DNA from: Vicugna vicugna
Lineage: Eukaryota
Length of the DNA stretch: 20,000 bases
Direction of reading: 5' to 3'
Assembly: GCA_013265495.1 (NCBI GenBank)
Contig: MU058658.1
Location: 675,169-695,168 of the forward strand
Shown here piece by piece: positions 1 through 11,230 of this stretch. The notes under the pieces are model-generated. The model saw only the letters and a list, made by a program, of their open reading frames with translations. It had not been told where the DNA came from and did not search any database. Position 1 is the first letter of the stretch. Every line of letters starts with the position of its first letter. Made by a program: the position numbers and the translations under genes.

Positions 1-463
1 TCTGCCTCTGAAAGGATTAAATCAGGAGCCACTGCAGTTTCTGACCTTCAACACACTCTGAAAGGAGTTCAGGGTGGAGATCAGGAATGCTTCACTCTGT
101 GCTCTGGGAAAAACTCAGAACAGACCTTGAGACAGTTAGGTATTTTCAGGGGAAGGTTTTAAGAGCCCGAATTCTTGTGTCTTCTCACACCTAGAAAAAC
201 ACTAAAATCATTAGTAGAACAATCTGCTCCTCAGGACAAGCAGTAACCTCCATGGGAATAGCAGCAATCTTCTACAGAAAAGGTGTGCTGGGTTGCTTGT
301 ACCCCACTTCACCAGAATGACACATACTCACCTTCCCCTCAAACTCTTTGGAGCTGTTACTTGGAGCTATTCAAAATACTGTCTCGGAGCTCTAGTCCTC
401 ATTTGGCCCCAAATAAAACTTAACTCACAACTTGAACATTTTGAGATTTTATTTCGGTAGACA
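1..463 (+). mobile_element. ERV1-class LTR, 3' part (5' end lies outside the window)
   Basis: Typical LTR 3' end: ...agtcctcatttggccccaAATAAAacttaactcacaactt...gtagaCA, with AATAAA at 412-417 and terminal CA at 462-463. Resembles laurasiatherian ERV1 LTRs from memory. No primer-binding site recognised downstream. Confidence 0.7.
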
Positions 464-604
464 GTGACATCCTTTGCCTTTTGTTCCTACTACTATTAGA
501 GGCTGAGGAACATGTGTAGCAAGACAGAGTGGCCACCACTTTGGTTCTAAATTTCTCCCTGGCTTCTCTGTAGATAGTGAATCCAGTAAGGAAGTATTGA
601 TGGA

Positions 605-740
605 GGACAGCGGGCAAAAACCACTGTATATAGTCCAGGAATCTGATGCCAAAGGACTGGCCTATGATGCTGGCATTGGAGATGGTCAGGAGAGGATAAA
701 CTGGGATGTGTTAGGAAAAACAGCTGGCAAGACGTGCATA
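605..740 (+). mobile_element. degenerate L2 LINE fragment
   Basis: tagtccaggaatctgatgcc...ggcctatgatgctggcattggagatggtcaggagaggataaactgggatgtgttaggaa resembles the recalled L2 segment 'gtagtccaggcgagagatgatggtggcttggactag...gtggagatggagagaagtgg'. Strand is tentative. Confidence 0.4.
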
Positions 741-1199
741 ATTAAGATGATGGGTTAAGCCCCAGAAAATGACTTTTTTCCTTTAAGACGCTTTGCATCT
801 GTGGACCTGAAGCGCTTAGCCTGTTTTGATGGATTTCTTAATCAGCTCCCAGCAAGCATATGTTGATTAACTGAAGTCAAAGTTTCTAATTTTCAGGACG
901 CAACAGACGACCAGTTCCTGACAACACGATGGTTTCTTGGGTAGTTGAGTTTTTCATGGCCTTGATTTCCTTGGACCTGCCCATATTAGATGAGACTGGA
1001 TAGCAAGACTTGCTGGGTGATGCTGTGTATCTGTAGCATCTGTAGCTGTAGGTATCTGAGGATGCCATGGCATGTTAATTGTTGTCTGAATAGTAATTCA
1101 AAACTTGTCCTTCAGCTTCACTTGATGAAAATTAAATCCCTTGCTAAGGAAGTCTAGGGCCATCCAAAACTATTGACAGGGACTTGGATATTCCATACC

Positions 1200-1870
1200 A
1201 TATAATGTAACAGTTGATATATTTAGGTTTAAAAATATCCTCTTATTTTGTGAATTTATTCACCTACCTGTTTCAATTTATCTTGTCCTTTTAAAAAACT
1301 TAACACTATTTGTAACAATTTTGTTCTAGTTTTGAACATCTACACCCTTATTATTGAAGCTGAAAATCCCCTTTTTTAACACATTGGATCACAGAGCTAT
1401 GGATAACATATTTTTCTTCCCTCTAGATATTACAAAGGATTTACAACATTAATTAACTTGGCCCATAATAACATACATGCTATTCAAGTTATGCATATTA
1501 ATTCCATCATTCTAAATCCGTAAGGAAATATTGTTATGCTTTACACAATGAATGACACGTGTCAATCTACAGATGCACTTCTCTCTCGGATCATCATTCT
1601 ATCACAGATCTTTCACCAGGAATAACAGTCCCTTGACCATTGTCCTTCCATATAACAGTTTAAATTTATCCGTGTTAGTTATACATTAATTTTTTCACTT
1701 GACTTCAAATTTTGTTTTGTACATTCTGAAGGACGTATTTAGTGTATATGGAAACCTTGTTTCATGAATTTCTCTTCAGCACTTGGCAGAGGCCCTCCCA
1801 CTTGTGTCCTGTACCAGAACTATATATTGGGAGTGAATGGTGACAGATTACTTGTCGTTTTATCTATAGT
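1200..1870 (-). mobile_element. very old L1M-type fragment(s)
   Basis: AT-rich. ttctgaaggacgtatttagtgtatatggaaacctt...tctcttcagcactt (~1724-1784) resembles antisense L1M sequence. Confidence 0.3.
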
Positions 1871-2164
1871 CTCCTTGTCTTAGTTTATGTTAGGGACAGA
1901 AAGGCTCACATTTAGACTGAGACAATAACTGGATGTGATTTGGAGCTGTCCCACTAAAGAGTGGCCGAGAGTGCTGTATGTGTAGGAAGAAAAAGAAAAT
2001 GAGTATCTGGTGACCACCCCAGTGAGGGATGGCACTAGAAACAGGATAGATTCTCTCCAATCCAGTTTTCTTTTCTGAATCCCCAGCTTTCATTCTGATT
2101 AGGTTGAATGATGTAAACTCGAGTTTTACACAATGGACAAGGGGCAAAAGTGATTGTGAAATTG

Positions 2165-2619
2165 TGTCAGAACCTCGTGGGATCTGAAAATGAAACATTA
2201 ACAGGACAAAAGCATCTGCATTTTATTGAATTTTTACATATATCTTGGAGACTTCAAAGGAGAATAAAGAAGTGACCAGAGTAGGAAGCTTTTATATACA
2301 TTTACACAAAGAAAGAATAAATTATTAAAAAAAAAAGACTAATGGGTTTTGGTGGTGGGTAGTAAATGATGAAAAAGTAACAATTTATGTTTGCACAGCA
2401 TTCTCAGACCTTTGTTCTCTACCCCTGTTGATGAAAGATGTACCCTCTGATACAGAGTATCTTTCACATAGGAGATGTATCTCCTGATTTCATGGAAGAA
2501 GGGCAAAGGTGGGGAGTGTGCTGAGTGACCTTCCTGCTTCTGTGGTCTTCTTCAACTCTGAGCTTGATATGCAACATGCCAAGGTGCCATATTTTGAGTA
2601 GTGTGTACTGAGCCCATCA
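2165..2619 (-). mobile_element. solo ERV1-class LTR (MER34/MER39-like)
   Basis: The + strand ends ...atgccaaggtgccatattttgagtagtgtgtactgagcccatCA, i.e. a TG start on the - strand. attaacaggacaaaagcat...TTTATT (2222-2227) gives a - strand polyA signal. Both segments match recalled MER34/39-like LTRs. Confidence 0.6.
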
Positions 2620-3399
2620 AAGTCAACAGGAAATGGGTAGAAATGATCCTCTCAGCCTCACTTCTAGGGTAGCATAGCTAGTCCCCCTATGGATTGATTC
2701 TTCTAGGAAATTAAAATGGAGTTATTTAGAGGGAACTGCTGTCAGGTTGGCTTATAGGGAAATGAGCAGAGGAACACCCCTCACTGCCCCTTTCATAAAA
2801 TATCAAAGTGAAACCTGATGTACAGGTTAGAACAATCATTGGCTAGTGCAGGGGATCAGGAGGGTGGGCAACTAAGTAGGCACTTACTGATTAGGCTCTA
2901 TGATTAACAGGGAAGGGTGAGTTCTGTGAGGAGCCTAGGTTGAAGCAGGGACTAATGGAACAGGGGAGGTTCAAAGAGCAAGACAACAGCCTTCTTGGGT
3001 AGCCTGATCATTCACATCAGTGTTTCTCACTGAGGTGGGCACAACTTCTAACTGTACAGGCATAAGAGCCTTTTCTGTGGGAAAGAGAAGCAGTGCTCTT
3101 CCCCTTGTCCATCTGCTTTAGAGCTGCCCAATATCTCCTCTCCATATTTCATGGTCCTGTCTTGACTTCCTCCATGTCAAAAAATGACTTTCACACTTCA
3201 GGCTGTATATATTTCAAGAGCAATAGGATAATGTTTATGTGCTTCCAGTTACCTGGGTTGGACTCGCGGAGTCTGAGATACTGTTCAAATACTTCAGTGA
3301 TCAGTAGTACCTGAGGCCCTCAATGCTTTCAGCACCCCACCTCCGCTATGGTTCTGCTGCCCTCTTCAGAAGGATGAATCCCTCCCCCGACCTAGAGGC

Positions 3400-4060
3400 C
3401 ATTTCCCAGTGGCCCCCGCGGTGGTCCTTGGCTCTTTTCCTGGTTATTCTGTTGTGGGGCGTCCTTCTCTGAGGCCTTGGCACTACGTTACCCAGAAGAT
3501 TTTGCGTCAAGGGGCAGCGAAGTTAGTCCAATGAAAATCCAGAAAGGAGGCGCTTCCGGGTCAGCGAACATTTCGGGGAGGGACTTCCGGCGCCTAGTTG
3601 GCAGCCATTTTGGTTGCTGTGGAGTCAGTTGGCCACGTGAGGAGGTCGCTTGTCCCGTGAGGGGAGCGAGGTGACGGGCTGGAAGGCTCAGGAGGAGGCT
3701 CTGTCCGCGCTGCACGGGTGCGGGTGTGAGGGTCGAGGACACCGCCGCCCGCGAGGAGTGTCGGTGCCGAGCCGACCCGGTCACTAGGCTGCGGCCAGAC
3801 TGCTCCGCGCAGAGGCTCGGATGGCGGCGGCTACGCTGAGGGTCGGGGCTCAGGTAAGTGCTGCTGCTGCGGGTTCTCCCCTGCCCGTTTCCCACCCAGA
3901 TAGTAACGCCCTGAGTGGGGGCGCCTGGTCCAGGACCGAGGCCTTCGGGACGGGGCCCCTGTTTCTGCCCACCAGTGTCTTGCGGTGTCGGTGGGGCTTG
4001 GAGAGGCAAGTGAACCGGGAACTTCGGGGAACCTGGAGTCTGTCTTGTTTCTCCGAGGAA
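3400..4060 (+). promoter_or_regulatory. CpG-island promoter/first exon of the KRAB-ZNF gene
   Basis: GC- and CpG-rich relative to the flanks. Motifs: ZNF143/THAP11-like ACTACgttaCCCAGAAG (3482-3498), CCAAT (3528-3532), ETS/GABPA CTTCCGG (3553-3559) and ACTTCCGG (3583-3590), YY1 GCAGCCATTTTG (3601-3612), E-box CACGTG (3634-3639). Confidence 0.85.
3821..3853 (+). CDS. KRAB-ZNF (ZNF211-like paralogue), coding exon 1, MAAATLRVGAQ
   Basis: ATG at 3821; the MAAAxLRxxxQ leader is typical of 19q13.43-type KRAB-ZNFs; consensus donor CAG|GTAAGT at 3853/3854, phase 0. Confidence 0.92.
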
Positions 4061-4827
4061 CAAAGTTTGAGGCCCACTTGCACTTGGAGTGGTGGAGGAG
4101 TGATTACATCTTAATTCTTAGGGCTTTGGGAGCCATGGAGACTTCAGAGCCGAGGAAGGACACGATCTGAGTTAGGCTGTTTAAAACTCTTCAAAGCCTG
4201 TTCAGTGGAAGTACAGAATGTAGGGGCTGATGAGGAGGACATCGAGGCAGAGGGCTGTTGTGGCTTTTCCCAGGTCACAAGTGGTTAAGAGGTAGCACTG
4301 AGGACAGAGGCGGAGATTAGTCAGCCCAAGGTTCCCGGCAGGTACTGGTCAGTCCAGGGAAGGCCTGAGCCCCCCGGAGAACCGCCACGGTCACTTTCCT
4401 CCATGGCCACCTCTTCTCGCAGACTGCCAGGGCTGCAGAAACAGTTTCATTAAGTGGAGTTACTCCCAGTCGCTAATTTGTTCTGAGCCCTGCACACATC
4501 ACTCTGTATTTGAGGTGTCTGGGGCTCTTCACCTGCGATTCTCCCAGTCGTTTTGTTTGGGCACCCTGAGGAACCAGAATCTCGGGGTCCTGAGTCCACG
4601 TCAGGGTATATGGATGAGGTTTTCATTTCCCACTACTGATGGAAAGAGATTTGGATGGTTACTGCTGGGACAGGTACCATTATGTGAAACTATTTTGAGG
4701 TGAGGCTCAGCTCATTTAGGTAATTTCTGGTGGGAATAAACAGCAGGGAAGAGCAGGAGTTCGGCTTGAAATGACTGCCTGTTTATTCTGGAGGCCATGG
4801 GAGGTTCAGATCAGGGCAGGGAGGTTT

Positions 4828-4946
4828 GGTATTGTTTTTTGTTTTTTTTAAATTTCTCTTTCTTTCTTTTCTTTCGTGGAGGTACTGGGGATTGAACCCA
4901 GGACCTTGCTCATGGTAAGCATGCGCTCTACCACTGAGCTGTACCC
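4828..4946 (-). mobile_element. tRNA-Ala-derived SINE (camelid Vic-1-like) with A-rich tail
   Basis: The - strand reads gggtacagctcagtggtagagcgcatgcttaccatgagcaaggtcctgggttcaatccccagtacctcca followed by an A-rich tail. Pol III A- and B-box-like motifs are present. Flanking direct repeat 4812-4827 / 4946-4961 is 14/16 identical. Confidence 0.85.
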
Positions 4947-5057
4947 AGAGGAGGGAGGTTTTCTTACCCAGGTCTCAAGAAGCTCCGTCTGGTTGGGCAG
5001 TAGGGTAGACGTGTGGGAAGATGGGCTGTGGGTTTTCAGGAGTGAGGCTATTTATGA

Positions 5058-5237
<180 letters not shown>

Positions 5238-5629
5238 TGAACTAGGCTCTGCCTTTCTCCCTTTCCCCAGGGGCAGCTTTGTCATTGTCATCTCTGGACC
5301 ATGGGGGCTCCTTTCTTGTACAATTCCTTGGGTAGGTGCTGTGGTTACTATGGGGATGCTGAGTGCATCCCTACTCCCCAGTGCCCCTACGTCTGTAGCC
5401 CCCAAGCCTTGCAGGTAAGGATTCAGGATCAGCAGTCTTACAGTCAGCCTGATAGACCCCTCTTTGCTTGTCCTCTCTTTGGCCAGGTGACTGTCCAAAT
5501 CCATGGTATCCAAATTTTGTTCCATTCTTATACTCGAGGTTGAGTTGTGCTTGACTGTGCAACAAACTGTTGTTATTGACATGGTTACTAATAAAACAGA
5601 CTATGAGCTTTTCTTGCAAGGCCCTTTCC

Positions 5630-8600
5630 CAAGGTTCCAGTTCTTCTACATCCATGGCAGCATCTCTTATATTCTGTTCTTTGGATAATAGCTGTCCTAG
5701 TTGGTGTGAAGAGGAATATCTTTACCATTTCAATTGTGATTCCCTAATAGTATGCTTATTGGCCATTTGTTTATCTTCAAAAAACCTTAATGAAGCCCCT
5801 TTTCATTATTTTAATCAGGTTGGCTTTTTCATTATTTTTAAATACAGACTTTATCCATATAATCTGGGTATTAATCCCTTGTTGTATATATGATTTGCAA
5901 ATGTTTTCTCACATTCTGTGGTTGCCTTTTTCCTGTGTTCATCGTGTCTTTTGATGTATGAAAGTTGTACAGTTGATTTTCCCCATCATCACTGAGGTAT
6001 AATGGACACATAATAATGCGTAAGTTAAAGTTATGCCACAAATGTTATTCAGTTTATGAAATCCAGTTTTTGTTGCTTCTGCCATTGTTGCCATCGTCAA
6101 GAAATCATGGCTGAATCCAACAATTGAGACTTTTCTCCCTTTTTTAAGAATTTTATAGTTTCAGCTTTTGCACTTAGGCCAATTGATTCATTTTGAGTGA
6201 ATTTTTGTATAGGGTGCTAGGTAAAGGTTTAACTTCATTCTTGGGCATAAGGATATCCAGTTCTCTCAGCAATGTTTGTTGAAAGCACTGTCCTTACTGA
6301 ATGGTAATGGTCTTGTCAAAATTTAATCATATATGGGTTTATTTTTAGACAGTATTCTCTGTTCTATTTAATGGGAATATGATTCTGACTTTATGGCAGT
6401 AGCAGGCTATTTTGATTACTGTAGCTTTGTAATAAAATTAGAAGTAAGGTGCTGTGAGTCCTTCAGTTTTCTTCTTTTTCTTAATTGGCTGTGTGGAATC
6501 CCTTGAGAATCCATATGAATTTTAGGATGAGGTTCTCTGTTTCTTGAGGATGTCAATGGGATTTTGATAGGGAGTGGTTTGAATCAACAATCCCCCACCT
6601 GAGTGTTTGAATGAAGACAATTTTATTTTTCCTTCCCAGTCAATATACCTCTTGAGTAACTTTCTCATCTCATTACATTAATTGTGTTCTAGTACAAAGC
6701 TGAAAAGGACTGGTAAGAGGGAACATACTTGCCTTCTTCATCTTAGTGCAAAAGCTTCTTTAGTAAGTATTATGATAGCTGTCGGGTTTTGTTTAGACTA
6801 TCAAGTTGAATTTTTCTTCTCTATTTAGTTTACTAGGGGATGGAGATTTTTATCATGTGAATGATTGTTGGATTTTGTCAGTCCTTTTTCTGCAGTTATT
6901 GATGAGGTCATCTGTTTCTTTTGGATGATACGGATTATATTAGTTGATTTTCAGATGTTGAACCAGCCTTCTATACCTTGCATAAACCCCACTTGATCTT
7001 GGCTTCTAATTTGTTTTATACAGTGTTTGAATCAACTTACTAATAGTTTTTGAGAATTACTGCATCTATGTTCATGAGAGGCATTGGTTTACAGTTTTGT
7101 TGTGTGTCTTGTTTGGTGTTAGAGTAATGCTGGCCTCATAGAATGAGTTAGGAAGTATTCCCTCTGTTTTTATTTCCTGAAAGAGATTGTAGAGAATTCT
7201 ATAATCTCTTCTTTAAATGTTTGACAGAATACACCAGTGAACCAATATGGGCCAGTTGCATTCTGTTTTGGGAGGGTATTCATAATTGATTCAATTTCTT
7301 TAATAGACATAGACCTATTCAGATACTCTATTTCTTCTTGCGTGGGTTGTGGTACTGTGTCTTTCAGCTAATTGATCCATTTCATCTAACTTATCAAATT
7401 TATGGGTTTGAAGAGTGTCATATATTTCATCATTATCCTTTTAATGTTCACAGTATCTGTAGTGATATTTCCTCTTTCATTTCTGATATTCATAATTTGT
7501 GTTTTCGCCCTGTTTTTCTTCATTAGCCTGACTAGAATATTTTTTTACTATATCAGTCCTTGTAAAGAATCAGCTTTTTTTGGCTTATGCTTCTTCTTCC
7601 TTTGTATGTAATAGTCTCCCATTCTAGTTTCCTAAGCATTGGAAACACAGATTATGGATTTCAGATCTTCTTTTCTAATATAAGCCTTAAATGCTATAAA
7701 TTTCCCTATGAACACTGCATTGTCATATTTGGACAAGTGGCCTGTTTGTTTCTTTTAAACTATCTTAAAATTTCTCTTGAGCTATCTTCTTTGACCTATG
7801 TATTACTTGGAAGTGTATTTTTAAATTTCTCAATATTTTGGGATTTTCCATGTGTCTTTCAGTTACTGGTTTCTACTCAAATTCCACTGTGGTCTGAGAA
7901 CAGATATTGTTGTTTTCTATTCTTTAAATCATGAGGTGTGTTTTGTGGCCAAGAATGTGACCTATTTTGTGAATGTTCCTCATCAGCTGGAGAAGGCTTT
8001 TAATTTTTTGTTGTTGTTGGATGGAATTACCTCGTAGTCTATAGGTGTCCATTCTATCCAGTTGATTGATGATGGTGCTTTTCATTTCCACAGTATCCTT
8101 ACAGATTTTCTGTGTGTTGAATCTGTCCATTTCTGATAGAGGAGTGTTGAAGGAAGACTCCAACTGTCATTGCAGATTCATCTATTTGTACTTGTTTTGC
8201 CTTATATTTTGACATTCTGTTTTTAGACAAAGGCGTTGAGGATTGTTGTATGTCATAGAGAATTGACCTGTTTACCATTGTATCATTCTCTTTATCCCTG
8301 ATCTTTGCTTATTTGAAATCTGCTCTGATAGTAATATAGTTACTACCACTTTCTTAATGATTGGTCTTAGCCTATCTTTCTCTGTCCATTTATTTTTGAT
8401 CTATATGCATCTTTATGTTGAAAGTGGGTTTCTTGGAGAGAACATATAGTTGAGCCTTGTGCTTTGATATACTTTGATAGTCTCTATTTTAACTGGTGCC
8501 CTTAAAGTATTGACATTTAATATATTGTCACAGTTGTTTAAATATCCAACATATTGGTTGCCATTTTCTATTCATTGTCCTTGTTCTTTGTTCCTCTTTT
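5630..8600 (-). mobile_element. old, decayed L1 ORF2 region in intron 2, antisense to the host gene (probably several fragments)
   Basis: ORF 7924..8163(-) FNTPLSEMDRFNTQKICKDTVEMKSTIINQLDRMDTYR matches the L1 ORF2 endonuclease motif GDFNTPLS..DR..RQKI.KD...LN..I.QLDL.DIYR. Many antisense L1 blocks, e.g. gatgttgaaccagcct, gtaatgctggcctcatagaatgagttaggaag, atatccagttctctcagca. Confidence 0.9.
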
Positions 8601-9093
8601 TACAGAATCTACAAAATCTCTAGACCACTTATCTCATATGGTTTTTCACACTGTTTTCACCATGCTAAGTTCTGACACTGTTCGTGTCCTGAAACACACA
8701 GGTATCCTTTAATGTCCTTGAACACCAGCTTTTCCAGGCAGATTTTCTTGTGCCTGGACATACATTTCTGCACGATATCACGTATCACCAGCAGGTGTGG
8801 TCCTGGTAAAAGCCATTGACAGAGGAGTGAACTGTAGAACATGCCTTTCATTTTGGGGCCATATCTGATTCTTCTGCCTTGTTCTTGGTGAGGCCTCCTC
8901 AGTTTTGTGAACTGAAAACCCAGTAATGCAGAGCAGCTGCTTCCTCAATTTGACACCAACTCCATTTGCTGAACACAGTTCCGTGGACTGGTAGTTTCAT
9001 GTGTCAGAGGTACAATTGTGGGAGTGTGTCACTCCCCATAATGCCCACCACCCCAAGTCAACATGCACTTCATCATCACTTGATTGTTTCCAG

Positions 9094-10577
9094 GTTCTTG
9101 TCATGGAGTCAAGGATGGAGAGACATCTTCTGAACAGAGCATATTTGTAGGAGTGTCACAGACCAGGACCCGCAAAGCAGGTGTGTCTCCTGAGAAGTCC
9201 CAGCCCTGTAGGATGTGTGTTCCAGTCATTAGAGACATCCTCCACTTGGCTGAACATGAAGGAAGAAATAGGGGGCAGAAATCATACACATGTGGAGCAT
9301 GTGGGAAACAATTCTATTTCACTGCAAACCTTCAGCAGCACCAGAGGCAGCTCGTTAGAGACAAACCCTTCAGATGTGATCTGTGGAGACCTGCATTTTT
9401 GAAGACCTGCACAGCCCATGCATCAAGGAATCTCTTTACCTGTAGGGAAATTGGGAAGGACTTCTTGGCCAACATGGGACTTCAGCAACAGGACGCTGAT
9501 CCCAGGAAGAAAGTAAACAACAGTAGTGAGTGTGGAGCTGTTTTTCAGAGTGGAAGAAGTCATCCCAGCTGGGAAGAATGCAGAAAAGCCTCCAGCCAGA
9601 CAGATGTGCTTGTTCAGGATGGAAGAGCCCTCTGTAGTGAAGGGTTGTGTGAATGCAGCAGTTGTGGGAAAGCTTGCACCAAAAAGTGTAACCTTATTCA
9701 GGAGCTCCAGGAAGTTCCCCCTGAAGAAAACCCTTGTGAATGCAACCAACGTGGAAAATGTTACAGCAGGGAATCCAGTTTCCTTACACATCACAGAGTT
9801 CATGCTGGAGAAGGGCCTTATAAGTGCAGCGAGTGTGGGAAATGCTTTCGCCGAAGCCTCCACCTCAGTACGCACAGAAGAATCCACACTGGAGAAAAGC
9901 TTTATGAGTGCAAGGAATGTGACAAATCTTTTATCCGGAGGTGCAACTTCACTCAACATCAGAGAGTTCACACTGGAGAAAGGCGTTATGAATGCAATGA
10001 ATGTGGAAAACTCTTTAACAGGAAATCTAACTTCCGTGTACATCAGAGAGTTCACACTGGAGAAAAGCCTTATAAGTGTAGTGAATGTGGGATATCTTTT
10101 AGGGGAAAGTCTGGCCTTCGTTATCATCGGAGAGTTCACACTGGAGAAAGGCCTTTTAAATGTAATGAATGTGGGAAATCTTATATTGGTAGGGCTGGCC
10201 TCCGTTACCATCGGAGAGTTCACACTCGAGAAGGGCATCATGAATGCACTGAATGTGGGAAATGTTTTGCTGACAACTACAGATTCCTTACACATCAGAG
10301 AGTACACAATGGAGAAAAACCTTATGAGTGCAATGAGTGTGGGAAAACTTTTACTGCTAGGTGTCGCCTTCGTTATCATCAGAGAGTTCACAGTGGAGAA
10401 AAGCCTTTTAAGTGTAGTGAATGTGGGAGATCTTTTATTGATAGGTCTGGCCTCCGTTATCATCAGAGAGTTCACACTGGAGAAAGGCCTTACAAGTGTA
10501 GTGAATGTGGGAAATCTTTTATGGGTAGTTCTGGTCTTCGTTATCATCAGAGGGTTCACAGTGGAGAAAAGCCTTGA
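9094..10577 (+). CDS. KRAB-ZNF coding exon 3: linker with degenerate fingers plus 9 canonical C2H2 fingers (spliced protein 547 aa, ZNF211-like)
   Basis: Acceptor ttgtttccAG|GT, phase 1, compatible with exon 2. Open frame to TGA at 10575-10577. Nine tandem CxxC-x12-HxxxH units with TGEKP-type linkers at 9819-10574. Total CDS 33+127+1484 = 1644 nt. Confidence 0.95.
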
Positions 10578-10748
10578 GCCCAGTGAACGTGGGAAACCTT
10601 TTACTGCTGTCTGGCCTCCTTTGTCATCAGAGTTCACACTGGAGAAAGGCCTTATTAGTGCAGGGAATGTGATAAGTCTTTTATTCAAAAGAGCCATTTG
10701 CTTCAACATCAGAAAGTTCACACTGGAAAAGGGGTCTAGTGAATGCGA
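10575..10748 (+). pseudogene. two decayed zinc-finger units in the 3' UTR
   Basis: A frameshifted finger relic (agtgaacgtgggaaaccttttact...tctggcctcctttgtcatcagagttcacactggagaaaggcct) is followed by Y*CRECDKSFIQKSHLLQHQKVHTGKGV*. Confidence 0.85.
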
Positions 10749-10825
10749 ACCACACTCGGGGTTTAGGGGTTTGAGGTGGTAAGAGGTTGGGAGGACACAA
10801 CTGCATTAGTCCTGCAGCCAAGAGA

Positions 10826-10915
10826 CCATTTCTGGGGAGGAAACTGAGGCCCAGAGAGGGAGGGTCATCTTGTGAACTCCCAGCTTGGACAGGGATTTAG
10901 GATTCAATGCCAGGT
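10826..10915 (-). mobile_element. MIR SINE fragment
   Basis: ccattt...gaggaaactgaggcccagagaggg...aggattcaatgccagg matches the MIR core in antisense orientation. Confidence 0.65.
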
Positions 10916-11129
10916 TGCCTCATTTGAGGCATGGAGATTCTGGTCATTGCTCTAGTTTCTCCCTCCCAACCCTCTGTAGAAACTCTTTAACAACTCCTTG
11001 TCCATCCTGACACCGTCTGTTGCCCCAGTCCAGGTGCCTTGCTCTTACACCCATCTCGCGCTGCTGTACAGGAGGGTCTTTTTACTCAGAGCCAACTCTG
11101 ATGGCATTCTGTGAATGACCCCATTTGTC

Positions 11130-11230
11130 TACACAACCTACCAGGTGCTTAGAATCTATTATTATCCTCATTCTGAAACTAGGGTTCTGCTGCTCAGAGT
11201 TTGAGGGACTTGACAAGGGGACACGGCTGC
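11130..11230 (-). mobile_element. MIR SINE fragment
   Basis: acaacctaccaggt...ctattattatcctcattct...ctgctcagagtttgagggacttgacaaggggacacggct resembles the antisense MIR core. Confidence 0.5.

Noticed and set aside
2700..3020. Additional LTR upstream of the promoter
   Set aside because: LTR-like composition and a possible terminus (cattcaCA), but I could not match it to any family.
3477..4170. Several 60-190 aa ORFs over the CpG island
   Set aside because: Expected from stop-poor GC-rich sequence. Only 3821-3853 has splice and homology support.
4877..4946. Functional tRNA gene
   Set aside because: The 5' acceptor stem is truncated, the anticodon arm is altered (ACC instead of AGC), and an A-rich tail and target-site duplication are present, all indicating a SINE.
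9084..9093. TTG start of the 497-aa ORF as a single-exon gene
   Set aside because: These bases are the intron 2 acceptor. The true start is the ATG at 3821, reached by splicing.
9094..9150. KRAB-exon skipping as a route into the 418-aa alternative frame
   Set aside because: Joining exon 1 to exon 3 does enter that frame, but it hits TAG after 18 codons.
9819..10574. CRISPR-like or other prokaryotic repeat array
   Set aside because: The 84-bp periodicity is the coding C2H2 finger unit, and the DNA is mammalian.
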